In this document: positions 23,040 through 34,770 of the stretch, in pieces
Position numbering within the stretch: position 1 is the stretch's first letter
Layout: every line of letters starts with the position of its first letter
NCBI GenBank assembly: GCA_013239625.1
Contig: MU054117.1
Span: 2,478,011-2,542,010, forward strand
From: Lama guanicoe
Lineage: Eukaryota
Reading direction: 5' to 3'
DNA: 64,000 nt
Made by a program: the position numbers and the translations under genes
Notes under the pieces: model-generated
Told to the model about the DNA's origin: nothing
Seen by the model: only the letters and a program-made list of their open reading frames with translations
Databases searched by the model: none

Positions 23040-23435
23040 ACTGCCCGGATAAAAGCACAAGAAATTCACAGCTTAATTGTGAACCAGCACTTGGCTGTGG
23101 CATGCACATTGTTCGCATAGTTGACATTTTTGGGGAAGTCACATGCACCTTTTTTTAGTATAAGCGTGTTCAATATCAGGGACTCCGGCTTTTCACAAGT
23201 TCTGATTTTGATCTGATACTCAGATGGTCAGCTGTGCCATGTTTGGCCGTGTCCCTCTTCCTTTCAACACTGCCTCCCGCGTCCTTTGAAACACCACGCT
23301 CTGGCCTCGTCTCGCGGCAGGCTGAGCCCTGCTCTGACTTCATGCACCGAGGTGTGGAATCAGCAGCTCTCCAGGGAGCCCTGGTTTCTTTAAGTGGTGG
23401 ATGTTCTTAGGGACCAGTCTGGGCACTTGTGATGC
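23040..23435 (-). mobile_element. Ancient L1MC4/5-like fragment
   Basis: GGAATCAGCAGCTCTCCAGGGAGCCCTGGTTTCTT motif recalled from L1MC4-type 3' regions; left boundary uncertain. Confidence 0.5.
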
Positions 23436-23700
23436 AAATCACATCATCCACGTGAGAACTGAGGGTGGGAGGGTCTCCACTCCTAGCCTACTCCAGTGAG
23501 GGAGATGGAAAATGATGTGTCCAATTTAACTTCAACCTACTAAGTGCTTTAGAAAATATACTTTTATTGTAAGAGCTTCTCATTTTATTGCCCCTCTTTT
23601 TAACTTTCCCACATTTTAGCGACCAGCTGCTGCTTCTTTTTTAAAAATAGCTTTAATGTCATGCTATATATATTTTAATTATAATATTAATGAAAAATAT

Positions 23701-23808
23701 TTTCCTCTTTCTTCTTCCTTCCTTCCTTTCTAATGGAGGGACTGGGAACTGAACCCAGGAACTGTGCATGCTAAGCACACGCTCTACCGCTGAGTTAGAC
23801 CCTCCCCC
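23701..23808 (-). mobile_element. tRNA-Ala-derived SINE (Vic-1-like)
   Basis: Core GAACCCAGGAACTGTGCATGCTAAGCACACGCTCTACCGCTGAG with a pyrimidine tail. Confidence 0.85.
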
Positions 23809-24426
23809 ATTAGTGAATTTTTAAAATGTTATACATGGATATATATCAGCTTGGATCCCAGACATCCAAGCCAGGGCTGCAAGTGTGCCCCTGGTCACTT
23901 TTATGATCCTTGTGTCTTATTAAACGTCCTCTGGTCATTTTACTGACAGTCGCACCAGGTCATCTCACCCAACCGTGTGGAATTCACTAGGCTAGATTCC
24001 AATTTCAGAACGTCAGCTTCTACTCTGCCCTTTCTCCTTGGCCTCCTGGCTCTCCTCCCTTTCATGCTGGAGATGGGCTGTCATTTTCTTTCTCTCTCTT
24101 ATCTTCAAGACTCCTTGCAGGCTTTCTCAGTGTATGTGCCTCGACCATCTGCTCTTTAAAGAGGCCAGCCTTTGGGAGGAAATAAAATCAATATATCCTT
24201 AACAAAGCTAACCTACTTGACACAACATATTTTTGTAACTAAGCAGATTTCTTTTTCATAGTCCATAGGATGGAGAAAGGCAGAGAACCCAATTTCCATC
24301 GAAGTCTAAACCCCTCTCCCTGACACCCCATCCATCCCTAGCCAGACCCTTACCCTCACATGTTCAGCACCTCGTCCTGACCCATGTCCCACCTCCCGCC
24401 TCCCATCTCCATCCAGTGTGCTGTCC

Positions 24427-24868
24427 TGCAGTGACCAGCACATGCCCCATATGTCCTTCCCTTCTGTGCCCCTCTAATCCCTGACTCCCCGACACCCCCT
24501 GTGATGCCCTCCCCTTGAGCGCGTGCACCTGTGACTTGCTTCTAATGAAGGGACCATGGCAACGGTGAAGGGATGTCACACTGTGATTAAGTCACATTAC
24601 ATAGACGCCATCCTGCTAACAGACACATTCTAGAGACTCTTTGCTGGTGCGATGAAACAGGTGCCGTGCTGGGAGAGCCCCCTGGCCAGGCGCCGAGGGC
24701 AGCCTCCAGCAGGAACCAGCACCTGACTGCCACCTTGGGATGCCCTGAGCAGAGGACCCAGCTGAGCCCTGCTGGGACTGACTCACAGAAACCACAAGGT
24801 AGTAAAAGCGTGTTGGTTTAAGCTGCTGAGCCTGTGGTCACTGTTTGCAGCCGTAGGTGAGTAACACA
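24427..24868 (+). mobile_element. MLT1E/F-like MaLR solo LTR
   Basis: CCCTCCCCTTGAG...TGTGACTTGCTTCTAA, CCCTGAGCAGAGGACCCAGCTGAGCC, TTTAAGCTGCTGAG...TAACACA. Confidence 0.8.
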
Positions 24869-25809
24869 CCTGCAGACACTGCATCCTCCATGGCCCTCCC
24901 ACAGGGTATCTGGTCACCGTCTTCCTCACCCTGTGTGAAAGCTTCCTTACTCCCTGCTTCCCCTGCACCATATATCTGCGTCTCAGCCGCGTTTCCCACA
25001 GTCCTCCTGGACTTGCAGTTCCTTGAAGCCTATCTCTGCTCTCTCTAAGCCGCTCACAATTTGGGCTGCCACATCGGTTCCGCTCCAAACCACGGAGTCA
25101 ATCTCCCCTCCTCTCCTTCCGGCCGGCTTGTTCAACGTCCCCTGCTGCACCGTCTCCCCCAGCAGCCACCCCTGCTCTGTTATCCGGCACCATCTGCCCT
25201 CTCACTTCCCGTCTGCCCCACCCCTCATCTTTAACAGTCCTGGTGATAGCATGACCTTGACCCTTCATCGTTTGTCTCAGCCATCTGGTGAAGTCCCAGC
25301 TGTTGGATGGACCCAACTGTCCAGAATCACCGTGCTTGCTCTCAGGCGGCTTCTGGGAAAGGCACACAGTGGGGCACGTTGGCTCCACATAAGTTCATGA
25401 TTGTTATATTCCAACGGGCCCTCAGTACACCTAGGGAACCCTGTTCAGTGCCTCCGGTGGACTCACTCTTCCGCGGGGATTATTTCAAACCTCTCACTTC
25501 CCTTCACACCATCCCTGCCCCAGGTGACCTTGTGTTTCTGTCTCTCAGTCTCTCCCTTTAACCAGGAGAATCGAAGGCATCAAATGAAAATCCCTGCTTG
25601 GGACACAAATCCCAGGGGGCCTGTTTGCATCTTCTCCTCTTCCCCCTGTTGCCAGTACAAACGCTGCCGTCTTCGCTGCCTCAGCCACGTCTCCAGACTT
25701 CACTCCGGATCCATCCCTCCCCTCCTCCTATGACGACCGCACCTATCTCTGCTCCCCCATCCTTCCCGTATATTCAGCCTGGTCCTCTCGACTGGATCCT
25801 CCCCCATAA

Positions 25810-26945
25810 GCTTTTAAATATATCTATTTTTTCTGTCCCATTTTCTCCTTCTGGGACTCCAGTTACCCATGTAGTAGACGTTCTGACATTACCCTACAGG
25901 TTCCCGCCGCTCTGTTACTTTTTTCCTTTCCAGCCTCTTTTCTTTCTTTCAGATGCACTAACTTTCCATCAACCTGTCGTCAAGTTCATTTTCTCTTCCC
26001 ACTGGATCCCCCTTTGGTCACTGAGCTCATGCAGTGAGTTATTTTTATTTCAGACGTTCGGTTCTAACATTTCCGTTTGCTCCTTTGTATACTTTCTCTT
26101 TTTTTCTGCTGTGGTTTCCTATCTGTTCTTTTATGACACATGTATTTTCTTTATATCTTTATGTATAGTTATAACCGCTGTCTGATAATTCCAGCATCTG
26201 AGCCACCTTGGGTTGGCCTCTGTTTGTTTTTCCCTTGAGAATGGATCATATTTCCCTGGCTCTTTGTACTCTGCGAGCTGTGCGTCCTAGCACGAATATT
26301 TTCAAGGTTCTGTTAAGGAGACCCTGGATTCTATTTTATCCCTGAGAAGAGCGTTGATGTTTCCTTTTAGCAGGTACTGAACTTGGCTATCGTCAGACGA
26401 CAAACATTGTCTTGTCTGCAGCAGGCAATTGCTCAAGTCTATTAGGTTCATTTATCTTTGCAGGGATACCTGCAGTTTTTCCTGCTCATATATGGTTCAG
26501 CCATGAGTCAGAGACTTGGGCAGAGTTTACTATATAGAAAATTCTGGATTCCTCTTCTCTGGCTCTCTCCTTCCTAGGATTCACTACTCACTCTCCAGCA
26601 ATCTTAATTGCTCTGGGCTCCATCCTCTGGTTCCTCCTGCCAGAAAGACAGTGGGTTTTCTACTGTAAAATTTACCATCTTATGCTGCCCTGTGACTCTG
26701 GCCAACATAGGGAAAATTAAAAAAAAAAAAAAGGAAACTTATCTCATGCCAACTGCTTCTTCTATATTTTGAACCCCCTCCAAAATCTCCCTACTTGAGC
26801 TCGCTGTCTGGAGCCCTCAGGAAGTTGCGGGTGTTTTGTTTGTTGTTGCTGTTTGACGGGCTGTTTGGTTTTCTGTATGCTGCCCAGCGTGTACAGATGC
26901 TGCCTGCGGGAAGGCTGGTCAGTTAGGACCTGCTAGAAGTAGGAC
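25810..26945 (-). mobile_element. Ancient L1M (5'/ORF1-region) fragment
   Basis: TTCTCCTTCTGGGACTCCAGTTACCCATG motif in a pyrimidine-rich degraded L1 context. Confidence 0.6.
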
Positions 26946-26959
26946 TCTTCCCACAAGGT

Positions 26960-27680
26960 TTTATAATGGATTCATTTCTCCTGTTAAGTTCCCCAGCTCT
27001 TCCCTTGCTCTGCAGCCTCCACCAGCCATTCGCCCTACACGTCTTCCCATCCACAGCCTGTTCTGTGGAAGCACTGTCTCAGTGTCTCCATCTCTCAGCT
27101 CCAACTCCCTCCTCAACTGTCTCCTGCGCAGCTTCTCCCTCGGCACTGCAGAGAAAGGGCTCTTGCCAAGACCTCCCAGTGACCTTAAACTCACTAAATC
27201 TGATGGATACTTGGTAGTCCTCATCTTCCTCGATCTCACCAAACTCCCCTTCAGTCTGGTCCTCTTCCCCTCTTGTCTGTCTCATGGAATGGCCCCACCA
27301 AACATCCCCTGAGGCTGGCCAGAAACCTGACAAGTCATTCTTGACAGCTTCATATTCTTCATATCCAGTCCTTCATATCCAGTCTGTGCCTTCCACTTTC
27401 TGCATCTCTCTCAAGATCTCTCTCAAGTCCATCCATATTCCTTTTTTGCCACTGCCCCCAACCTAGACCATGCTAACTTCACCTCGTGCCTAGAACCCTG
27501 CTGAAGTCTCCCGCCGCCCTCCAGCCAGAGGGAAAGACGCAAAATGCAGATCTGATCCTGCCACTCGCTTATTTAAAAGACTTCAGTGATGACTTACTTA
27601 TCTTAGGACATACGTCCATGTCAGAATCCTTCACATGACCCGGCACAGTCCGCTGCCTGTGGGATCTGTGTCCTTATCCT
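26960..27680 (+). mobile_element. L2 fragment
   Basis: CAGTGACCTTAAACTCACTAAATCTGATGGATAC and AAAATGCAGATCTGATCCTGCCACTC motifs. Confidence 0.65.
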
Positions 27681-27800
27681 GCAGTTTTCTCACTCTAGAC
27701 ACAGTACATTTCCTGTGCTGTGGCCAATTCATGTTTGGGTTGAACGCTTTTAACTGGTCAGTCCTTTTACAGGTGGTTTTGGTCTGCAGGGCCGACTAAT

Positions 27801-27957
27801 TCATTTATTTATGTGTTTACTTTTGGGGAGGAAGTAATTAGGTTTATTTATTTTAATCTTCTTTACTTTTTTTTTTTTTAACAGAGGGACTGGGGATGGA
27901 ACCCAGGACCTTGTGCATGCTAAGCATGCACTCTACCACTGAGCTGTACCCTCCCCC
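27801..27957 (-). mobile_element. tRNA-Ala-derived SINE (Vic-1-like), full length with 3' tail
   Basis: Core GAACCCAGGACCTTGTGCATGCTAAGCATGCACTCTACCACTGAGCT plus tail GGGGAGGAAGTAATTAGGTTTATTT. Confidence 0.9.
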
Positions 27958-28627
27958 TTACAGGGCAGAATTTAAAGTGTGATTTTAAACCATGGAATTG
28001 CCCTTGGTAAGCATACAGGAATATTCTGAGATCATTAAGACAGATGATACAAATGTAGCTGGAATGGCTATTGCTGTTACAAGTATTGATTCCTACCTAC
28101 CATGCAAATTCCTCAGTTGTTTCCCACACGTTCAGATAGCTGGTGTCCACGTGGTGCACACACACACACACACACTCCTGCCCTCGCATGCAGAGATGCT
28201 CACAGGCATCACCACGTGTCTCTCAGTATTCTGCATCAGGTGGACAAACCCAGCAGCTTTAGGCCTTCCTCAGGGGTGCTCTGCTTTTCTTGGCCTCTGT
28301 GCTTTCTGATTTCACAACGTTGCCTGTGCATTTGTCCTTACGGAGTACATGCTGACCACCAGGAGTTCCAACAGAGAACTTCTTCTGACAGGGGCTGACC
28401 AAGACTCAGTACAAGCTAGACTGCTCCACCCTGACCCTGCTCTAGAAGCACATGCTTCCTGCAGGCGCTGACGCACACGTGCACGTGGACACGCGCTGAT
28501 ACTCGCGTTACGCTCCATGATTTTGGTCAGTCTCTTCAGTTTTTCATGCTTGAGAATTTGGATCCAAGCCATTCTTGCCTCTACAACACATCTGAAGATA
28601 GCCGGGAGTCTGAAGGCTCATCTGGTC

Positions 28628-28833
28628 CAGGGGTTGGCAAACCATGGCCCGATGCCTATTTCTGTAAGCAAAGTGTTAGTGGGACACAGTCACGTTCACT
28701 GATTACGCGTGGTCTACGGCTGCCCTCGTGCCACCGCGGCAGAGCTGAGTGGTTGTGACAGAGACCAGGTGGCCTGCAAGGCCTAAACTGTTTCGTATTT
28801 GGCCCTTTGCAAAAGAAAGTCTGCAGACCTCTG
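28628..28833 (+). mobile_element. MER58A-like hAT-Charlie MITE
   Basis: Termini CAGGGGTTGGCAAAC ... GTCTGCAGACCTCTG form imperfect inverted repeats; internal GCAGAGCTGAGTGGTTGTGACAGAGACC. Confidence 0.85.
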
Positions 28834-28876
28834 ACTGTGTTTTCCAATGGTTTCAGTGACAATCAATGACAACGTC

Positions 28877-28980
28877 GAGCTGCCAGATTTAGCAGTTAAA
28901 AATACAGGATACTCAGATAAACAACGAACTTCAGATAAGCAATGAATACTTTCTTTAGAATAAGCAAACACCGCATGGTA
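28877..28980. mobile_element. MER33-like hAT fragment
   Basis: TGCCAGATTTAGCAGTTAAAAATACAGGATAC...TTCAGATAAGCAATGAATA. Confidence 0.7.
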
Positions 28981-29592
28981 ACCTTTTAACAAAGACTTGT
29001 ACACGACGTCCATGTCTGCTGCTCCTCAGTCCTGCTGTACCGGCCTCACCTTAGCTTGGGAAGAGAAAGAAGCTGAAGGCGGGGCTTGTCCTTGGGATGA
29101 TCTGCATTCTTTAAAAGTGAAAAGGCAGCAGAAGAAAAGTCTGGTCACTTTTGCCTTCCTCGCCAGGAGAGTGGTGGGAGGTCTGGGGTTGTTAGTCTGG
29201 GTGCAGCTGGCCCATTTCAGTGACCAATGACCGACCAGTCTTCAGATTCCATAAGCAAATGGTGTCCAAGGGTTTGGGGAGGGAAGGAACTGTTAACATT
29301 CTTCATGCTGGAAAGTGTGTCTTTAAACTGGCAGCTCCACTTGCGTGTCACCGATGGTTTATATGTTTCCTCACTGTCTGGTTTAATGCCCCAATTTTCA
29401 TCCCTGGTAGATGCAGAAAATGCCACTCATTGTGGGAGATGTGAAAAAAGACCTCCTGGTACACTCTGCCTCTCACTGTTCCTTCACGTCAGAGGGTTGG
29501 CTGAAGTCCCCGTAGATGGGAGACAACTCTGGAGCACCTTCATGCATCCAGCTGCTCGGGGCTGGATGAAGTAGCAGTCACATGCCCATCTA

Positions 29593-29770
29593 CTGGCTGA
29601 GTGACCTGAAGGAGGTGACCTAACCCTCCCAGGCCTCATGTTCCTCCCCTGTAAAGTGGAGGGATGACAGCAGCCCCTACCATGGAGTTGTTACGAGGAT
29701 TCGGCGCATCAGAACATGGGAAGGACTTAGAACCGTCCCTGGCACGTGGCACTTGGTGAATGGGAGCTCT
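29593..29770 (+). mobile_element. MIR
   Basis: GCCTCATGTTCCTCCCCTGTAAAGTGG...GTTGTTACGAGGATT...CTTAGAACCGTCCCTGGCAC. Confidence 0.75.
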
Positions 29771-30049
29771 TTTCTTTGCTTGACCAGCTGACGAAGAAAC
29801 CGCTGGCCCCCAAACCCAGCCTCCCGCAGTGCGAACTCTCCCCACTAGGTGTCACGATTCAGCAGGCGCTGCCTGCCCCTTTGCTTGACTTTTTGCTTAT
29901 TATAATTGTTGCTTTGATTTGGTGATTTCAAGGGGATAAAGGAACACACTGTCTCTTGACGTCTCTGGGGATCCAGGAATTCCAGCAGAATTGCTGATCC
30001 TGGAGGGCTGGAAGAAGCTCTTTGGAGTGTTGCCTTGGTTCAGAGTTCA

Positions 30050-30165
30050 TGCGACATGTAATTTATTGTCCAAACCAAGGTATTTGAGAGTGAAAGGGGG
30101 ACTGTTAGTAACAACGCAGGACCAGAGGAGTAAATGGGATGCACCGCAAGATCCTGTGCAGGGCG
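30050..30165. mobile_element. MER94-like hAT-Blackjack element
   Basis: ATTTATTGTCCAAACC...TTTGAGAGTGAAAGGGGGACTGTTAGTAA. Confidence 0.7.
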
Positions 30166-30639
30166 CTCCATCTACAGTGGTTTGTCCTCTGCACCTTCAG
30201 AATCCGCAGGACACAAATCCCCCGACACTCCGTAGCAGCCTGGTACAGGAAACTGTGACCTCGTGCTTTGGGGGATGTCCGAACTCTTCTGTTTTCCTGC
30301 CCTAAGAGTGTCCTGCCTCCTTGTCAGGTCATTTGTTTAACTTTTGTCCTCAGAGGACACAGTGGGTGTGTGTCTGCCCCACAGACCTTGAGGCATCTTG
30401 GCCTCCTCTATGTTGAATACTTCCTTACCCTCTACAGCTTTGCTGCCAGCTGTAACCCCCTTCAGAGACCAAAGTCCTCCATCTCTGGGTGTGCTGAAGG
30501 AGGGTGAGCAGTGTGGCCACTTTCTGGGTTATTGCTGAGGGGATTCTGCTCAGGTTTCTTCCAGCCTTAAGGCTCCATAATCATATTATTTCAGATTTGA
30601 TTATCTTCCTTCAACGGGCAGGGGAAGCTAATGTTTGCA

Positions 30640-30820
30640 CCCACTGTACATCAAATGTTGTGCTTTTGCCTCCATCATCTTGGTCATCCCATCAGCCCTG
30701 TGGCTAACCCCATTTCACAGGTGAGGAAACTGAGGCCTACCAAGAGAGGTCACAGCCCATGAGAGGCAGAGTCAGGGTTCAATCCCAGGTCTGTGTAGCT
30801 CCAGAGCCCTGTGGTTGCTA
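30640..30820 (-). mobile_element. MIR
   Basis: CCCCATTTCACAGGTGAGGAAACTGAGGC...GGGTTCAATCCCAGGTCTG. Confidence 0.75.
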
Positions 30821-31399
30821 CCACACAAGGCTGCCTCCCAGTGGCTTTACAGTAAGATCACTCACCTAGTGGACATCACAGGCAAATCCCTCTCCCTCTG
30901 GGCCTCAATATCCTCTACTGGAAGCTGGGCAGAGCTAGTTACATGCACTCAAGGGCTGCCGCAGTGCCGGGAGAGATTGGGGCTTGGCAGGGGCTCAGCC
31001 TGGGAAGACTTTATGCAGGGCATTGAACAAGGGTTTGAAGGAAGGGACAGGGGAGTCGGAGGGGATGAATTATTGAGTTAAGTCTAAAAGACAAAAACAA
31101 GGTCGTATGTGTATGAGAGGAGGGGGCCCAGGAGAGGAGCAGAAACTGCCAGTCTAACTAGGAAAAGACCTGGTGATTACAGTCAGGTTAAAAAATTTTG
31201 TCTCAAATTATACTTAGCACAGGATGGTGCATGTGGGAAGCACAGACATATTTCAAAAACGGTAATGAGGAGGAGAGGTGGCAGTTTAGTGTTCACTTTG
31301 GAAGAGAGTCCAGGCCTCTGGCTTCAAGAATCCAGGCCCAGAGAGGAAGGCCCATAGGAAGCCCTGGGCCGGAGACTTGTAACCTGAGTTTGTCCCGCT

Positions 31400-32650
31400 G
31401 CAGTTCAGGGCCCCCGGGCGCGCCGTGCCCTTTACCAACACTTGGAGGCCGTTACTCCTGGGGAGGCGGAAAGCGGCTCCTTCAACAGCCTCTCGGGGGG
31501 CAGTCTCCAACGCATAGGCGAGTCAACATCTCAGGCGCACCAGGAAAGGGCTGCCTGGGTGTGGGGGTGGGGCGGGAGGCCACCGAGCCCCGCTCCAGGG
31601 CGAAAGCTGCGCTCCCTGCCTGGGTCTTGAGGCGGTGTCTGCGCGCGGAGCGCAGGGGCGCAAACTCCCTGGCCCTGACCTCTCCCGAAACTCTGACAGG
31701 TTTGCGGCCTCGGCCCCTGGAGCAGGAGTAGGGGTCGCACCAGCTCCCCGAAGGAGAATCCAGGAGGAGGGGAGGGAGCAAGGCTTCCGGAGGACAGCCA
31801 GGCCTGGCCCGGGACGCCTGGCCCCGGACGCCTGGCCTGGGACGTCCGCGCCCAGCACGGCCCTGGCCTCCCCCTAGGTCCCTCCGGCTCCGACGCTGGG
31901 GATCCGGCCAGTGGGTGCTGGAGACCCTGGGCCCCGGCAGACCCTCAGCCTGGCACACCTCTTAGCCACCTGCCGCCCCGCCCGCAATGCCCTCTCCGGC
32001 CCAGAGCTTCAGTCCCCTCCCCCACCCCTCGCGCGGGGATTCGGGCCCCCTCGGCCTCGCGGCTCGACGGCCGGCCCCGCCCCTCGGCCGGCCCCGCCCC
32101 GCCCCCGGCCTCGCCATTCGTGGGCAGGCCCCGCCCCGCCCGCGGATGGCTCCGCCCCGCGGCCTCGCCGTCCAGGGCAGGCCCCGCCCCCTGTTTCCGC
32201 TGGCGGCGGCTGTGGTAGCGGCGGCGGCGGCGGCGCGCGATCGCGAGCGAGCTGCACCCCACATTCCTGGGAGGGCTGTGAGTGCAGCCCTGGGCGGGCG
32301 GGGCGGCGGGCCGCGGGCCGGGGGCTCGGGAGCGCGCGGGGTTACGGGGCCGGGGGGCCCAGGCCGGCGAGGGGCGGGCCGGCCAGCCCCTGACCGGGTT
32401 CCCAGAGGGGCGAGCGGCCTGAGGCGCCCCCGGGAGGGGGTGTCGGGGGGCGGCAGTGGTCGAGCTGAGGGAGGGATGGGGTCCGCGCCCGGTGAGGGGC
32501 CGGGAAGCCGCCGGGAGGAGAAGGAGAGTGCCGGGGCCCGGTGACGGGCCGAAGAGGGGTCTGCAAGGGGAGAGGCTGCGAGGAAGACCTTTCGGGAACG
32601 GGGCTAAGGGAGTGGACGGCGGAGTCCCAGGCGAAGGGATGGGGGGTCTG
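31400..32650 (+). promoter_or_regulatory. TSPAN9: CpG-island promoter, assigned to TSPAN9
   Basis: Very high GC and CpG density with clustered GC boxes (CCCCGCCC) at ~32075-32190 and no obvious TATA. The gene name comes from conserved TEAD4-TSPAN9 gene order in mammals; no TSPAN9 coding sequence is in the window. Confidence 0.8.
32195..32277 (+). other. TSPAN9: Probable non-coding exon 1 of TSPAN9 (start approximate)
   Basis: GGC/GCG-repeat leader just downstream of the GC boxes, ending at donor GCT|GTGAGT (GT at 32278); contains no ATG. Confidence 0.7.
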
Positions 32651-33728
32651 TAGGATGCAGCCCAAAGGGAGAGCCCCGGAGCTGTCAAGGGTTTCTGACT
32701 GTGGGAGCCAGTGGACCGGCTTGGGGTGGTCCACACAGCGCCCCCGGGGAGGGCGGGGCCTCAGCAGGGCTGGGAGGCTGTCCGCAGCCCCCAGCACCCC
32801 TGGCCACTCCTTGGGCCACCGCTGGCAGATCTGCATCAGAGTGACAGGGCTTTGGCACGCCCCGGGGTCGGAGATGTAGTCCATCTGTGCATCCAAGTTT
32901 GGGACTTTAAAAAACTTTTTTGTGGTTTAAAAAAAAAAGTCCAAACAAGAAACCAGCTCCTTACCGAGAGCAGTATTTGTGCTTATGTATTTCAGAACTA
33001 GCCCTGAAAAAGATACTGGTCCCTTTGCTACCTCTTTCCCAAATGCCTGTGGTGGTGGGGAAGTTTGAGGCACTGGGGAAGTCTGGGATCCCCTGGGCTG
33101 GGTGGACCTTTTCTCCCCATCCCCCAAACAAGGATAAGGCCCCAGTGTTCACCTTCCTTTGGTTGGGAGAACCAAACTCATTATGTGAGGGTGCCCTTCT
33201 GACCGGCAGCTGTTCCTTTCCCTAGGGTGACTCAGGTATTTCCTCCTCCAGGAAGCTTTCCTGGACTAGTGGAGAAAACTGAGGACTCATGCTCTGATCC
33301 CTGTATATCAGCCAGCTTCCCTCTCTTTACTAAAAATAGCCATAGAGAATGTTTTGTACGTATGTTCTGCTATAAAGATGTGCAGTCAGCTTGTCATTGT
33401 AAGTAATGGGAAGGGGAGGAGAGGTATTATGGATAATGTCAAACAATGGACTGGACAAATTATTTATATTTAGCTAAGGAATGCAGCCCGTGAGGCAGAC
33501 TTTCACACGAGCTTCCTGCCCTCCGCCTGGTCCTGGCATGGCCGGTGCAGCCGGGCTGTGGGTTGGGGGTGAAGGAGGGAATAAGACTGGGGTAGATAAA
33601 ACTTGAAGGATTAATTCAATTCTGTGCTTACTTATTGAAGACCTGCTGTGTGCAAGGCCCAGAACAGCTGAGAGTAGACCAGAATGGAGAGGGAGGGTTT
33701 TTTTGTCTGATTCAATCAGATTTTAATC

Positions 33729-33933
33729 TTTTTTTTTTCAGTTGAAGTATAGTTGATTTACAACGTTGTGTTAGTGTCAGAGGTACAACAAAGTGATTCC
33801 AGTTATACATATATATGTAAATCTATTCTTTTTCAATTATTTTCCATTATACTTTATTACAAGATGTTGACTATAGTTCCCTGTGTTATACAGTAGGCCT
33901 CTGTTGGTTATCTCTTTTATATATGTTAATCTC
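33729..33933 (-). mobile_element. L1 3' end fragment
   Basis: Poly-T, TTGAAGTATAGTTGATTTACAA...CCCTGTGTTATACAGTAGG; flanking repeat CAGAT(T/A)TTAATCTTT. Confidence 0.85.
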
Positions 33934-34081
33934 AAGCAGATATTAATCTTTAAACCTATGAACAGATATTTAATATTCGTAACAACAATTCATGTTTATA
34001 AAGTAATTTGTAGTTGACCAAGTGCTTTTGCTGCACGTTGACTGGATGTCACACATAATCTTGTAAAGCATATGTTATTTT

Positions 34082-34183
34082 GGTGGGAGGGGGAGGCACT
34101 TATTTAGTCGGAGGTACTGGAAATTGAACCCAGGACCCTGTACGTGCTGAACACGCACTCTACCAGTGAGCTATATCCTCCCC
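34082..34183 (-). mobile_element. tRNA-Ala-derived SINE (Vic-1-like) inserted into a MIR
   Basis: Same core; flanking direct repeat AAGCA(T/G)ATGTTATTTT. Confidence 0.85.
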
Positions 34184-34559
34184 AGTAAGCAGATGTTATT
34201 TTTAATGGCCTTCTTAAAGTTAGGAAAATGAGGCTCAGAGAGAATAAATGACTTCTGAGGTCACAGAACTCACAGGTAGAAGAAGCAGGGTTTGAACCTG
34301 TGGCTTCCGACCTCTTGTGCTGTGTCTTCTGTCCTGCCTAGGCTGCCCCTGCCGTTCTCTACTGTTGAGCCTGTGGGGACCCGGGCTCCGATCTCAGCCC
34401 TAATGTCACCTAATTGTGCAAGTCACCTCCCCTCTCCAGCTCTCTGTTTTGGAGGGCTATTGTGTTAAAATGCTTCTAGAGTCTCTTTCAGCATCGGATA
34501 ATTAACAGCGTAAGATGCTATGAGCAGCCAACAAGTCAGTTACTAAGTGTGTTTTAACT

Positions 34560-34770
34560 TTAAAATGTTTAATTGTGGTTAAAAAGCACATAACAAAAAT
34601 TACCATTGTCACCTTTTTTAAACGTACAGTTCAGTTATGTCAAGTCTACTCACACTGTCCTGCAGCTGATCCCCAGATCTTTTCCATTGGCAAAACTGAA
34701 ACTGTCCACCCGTCAGACAGCTCCCCATGTCCCCCTCCCCTGCAGCCCCTGGCAGCCTCCATTCTGTTCG
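34560..34770 (-). mobile_element. L1MA/MB-type 3' terminal fragment
   Basis: AATTGTGGTTAAAAAGCACATAACAAAAATTACCATT...CAGCCCCTGGCAGCCTCCATTCT. Confidence 0.75.

Noticed and set aside
27884..27957. tRNA-Ala(AGC) gene on the minus strand (and seven similar loci)
   Set aside because: The copies are diverged, carry tails and often flanking direct repeats, so they are SINEs rather than tRNA genes.
31911..32896. Overlapping Pro/Gly/Arg/Ala-rich ORFs
   Set aside because: Artefacts of stop-codon scarcity in the CpG island.
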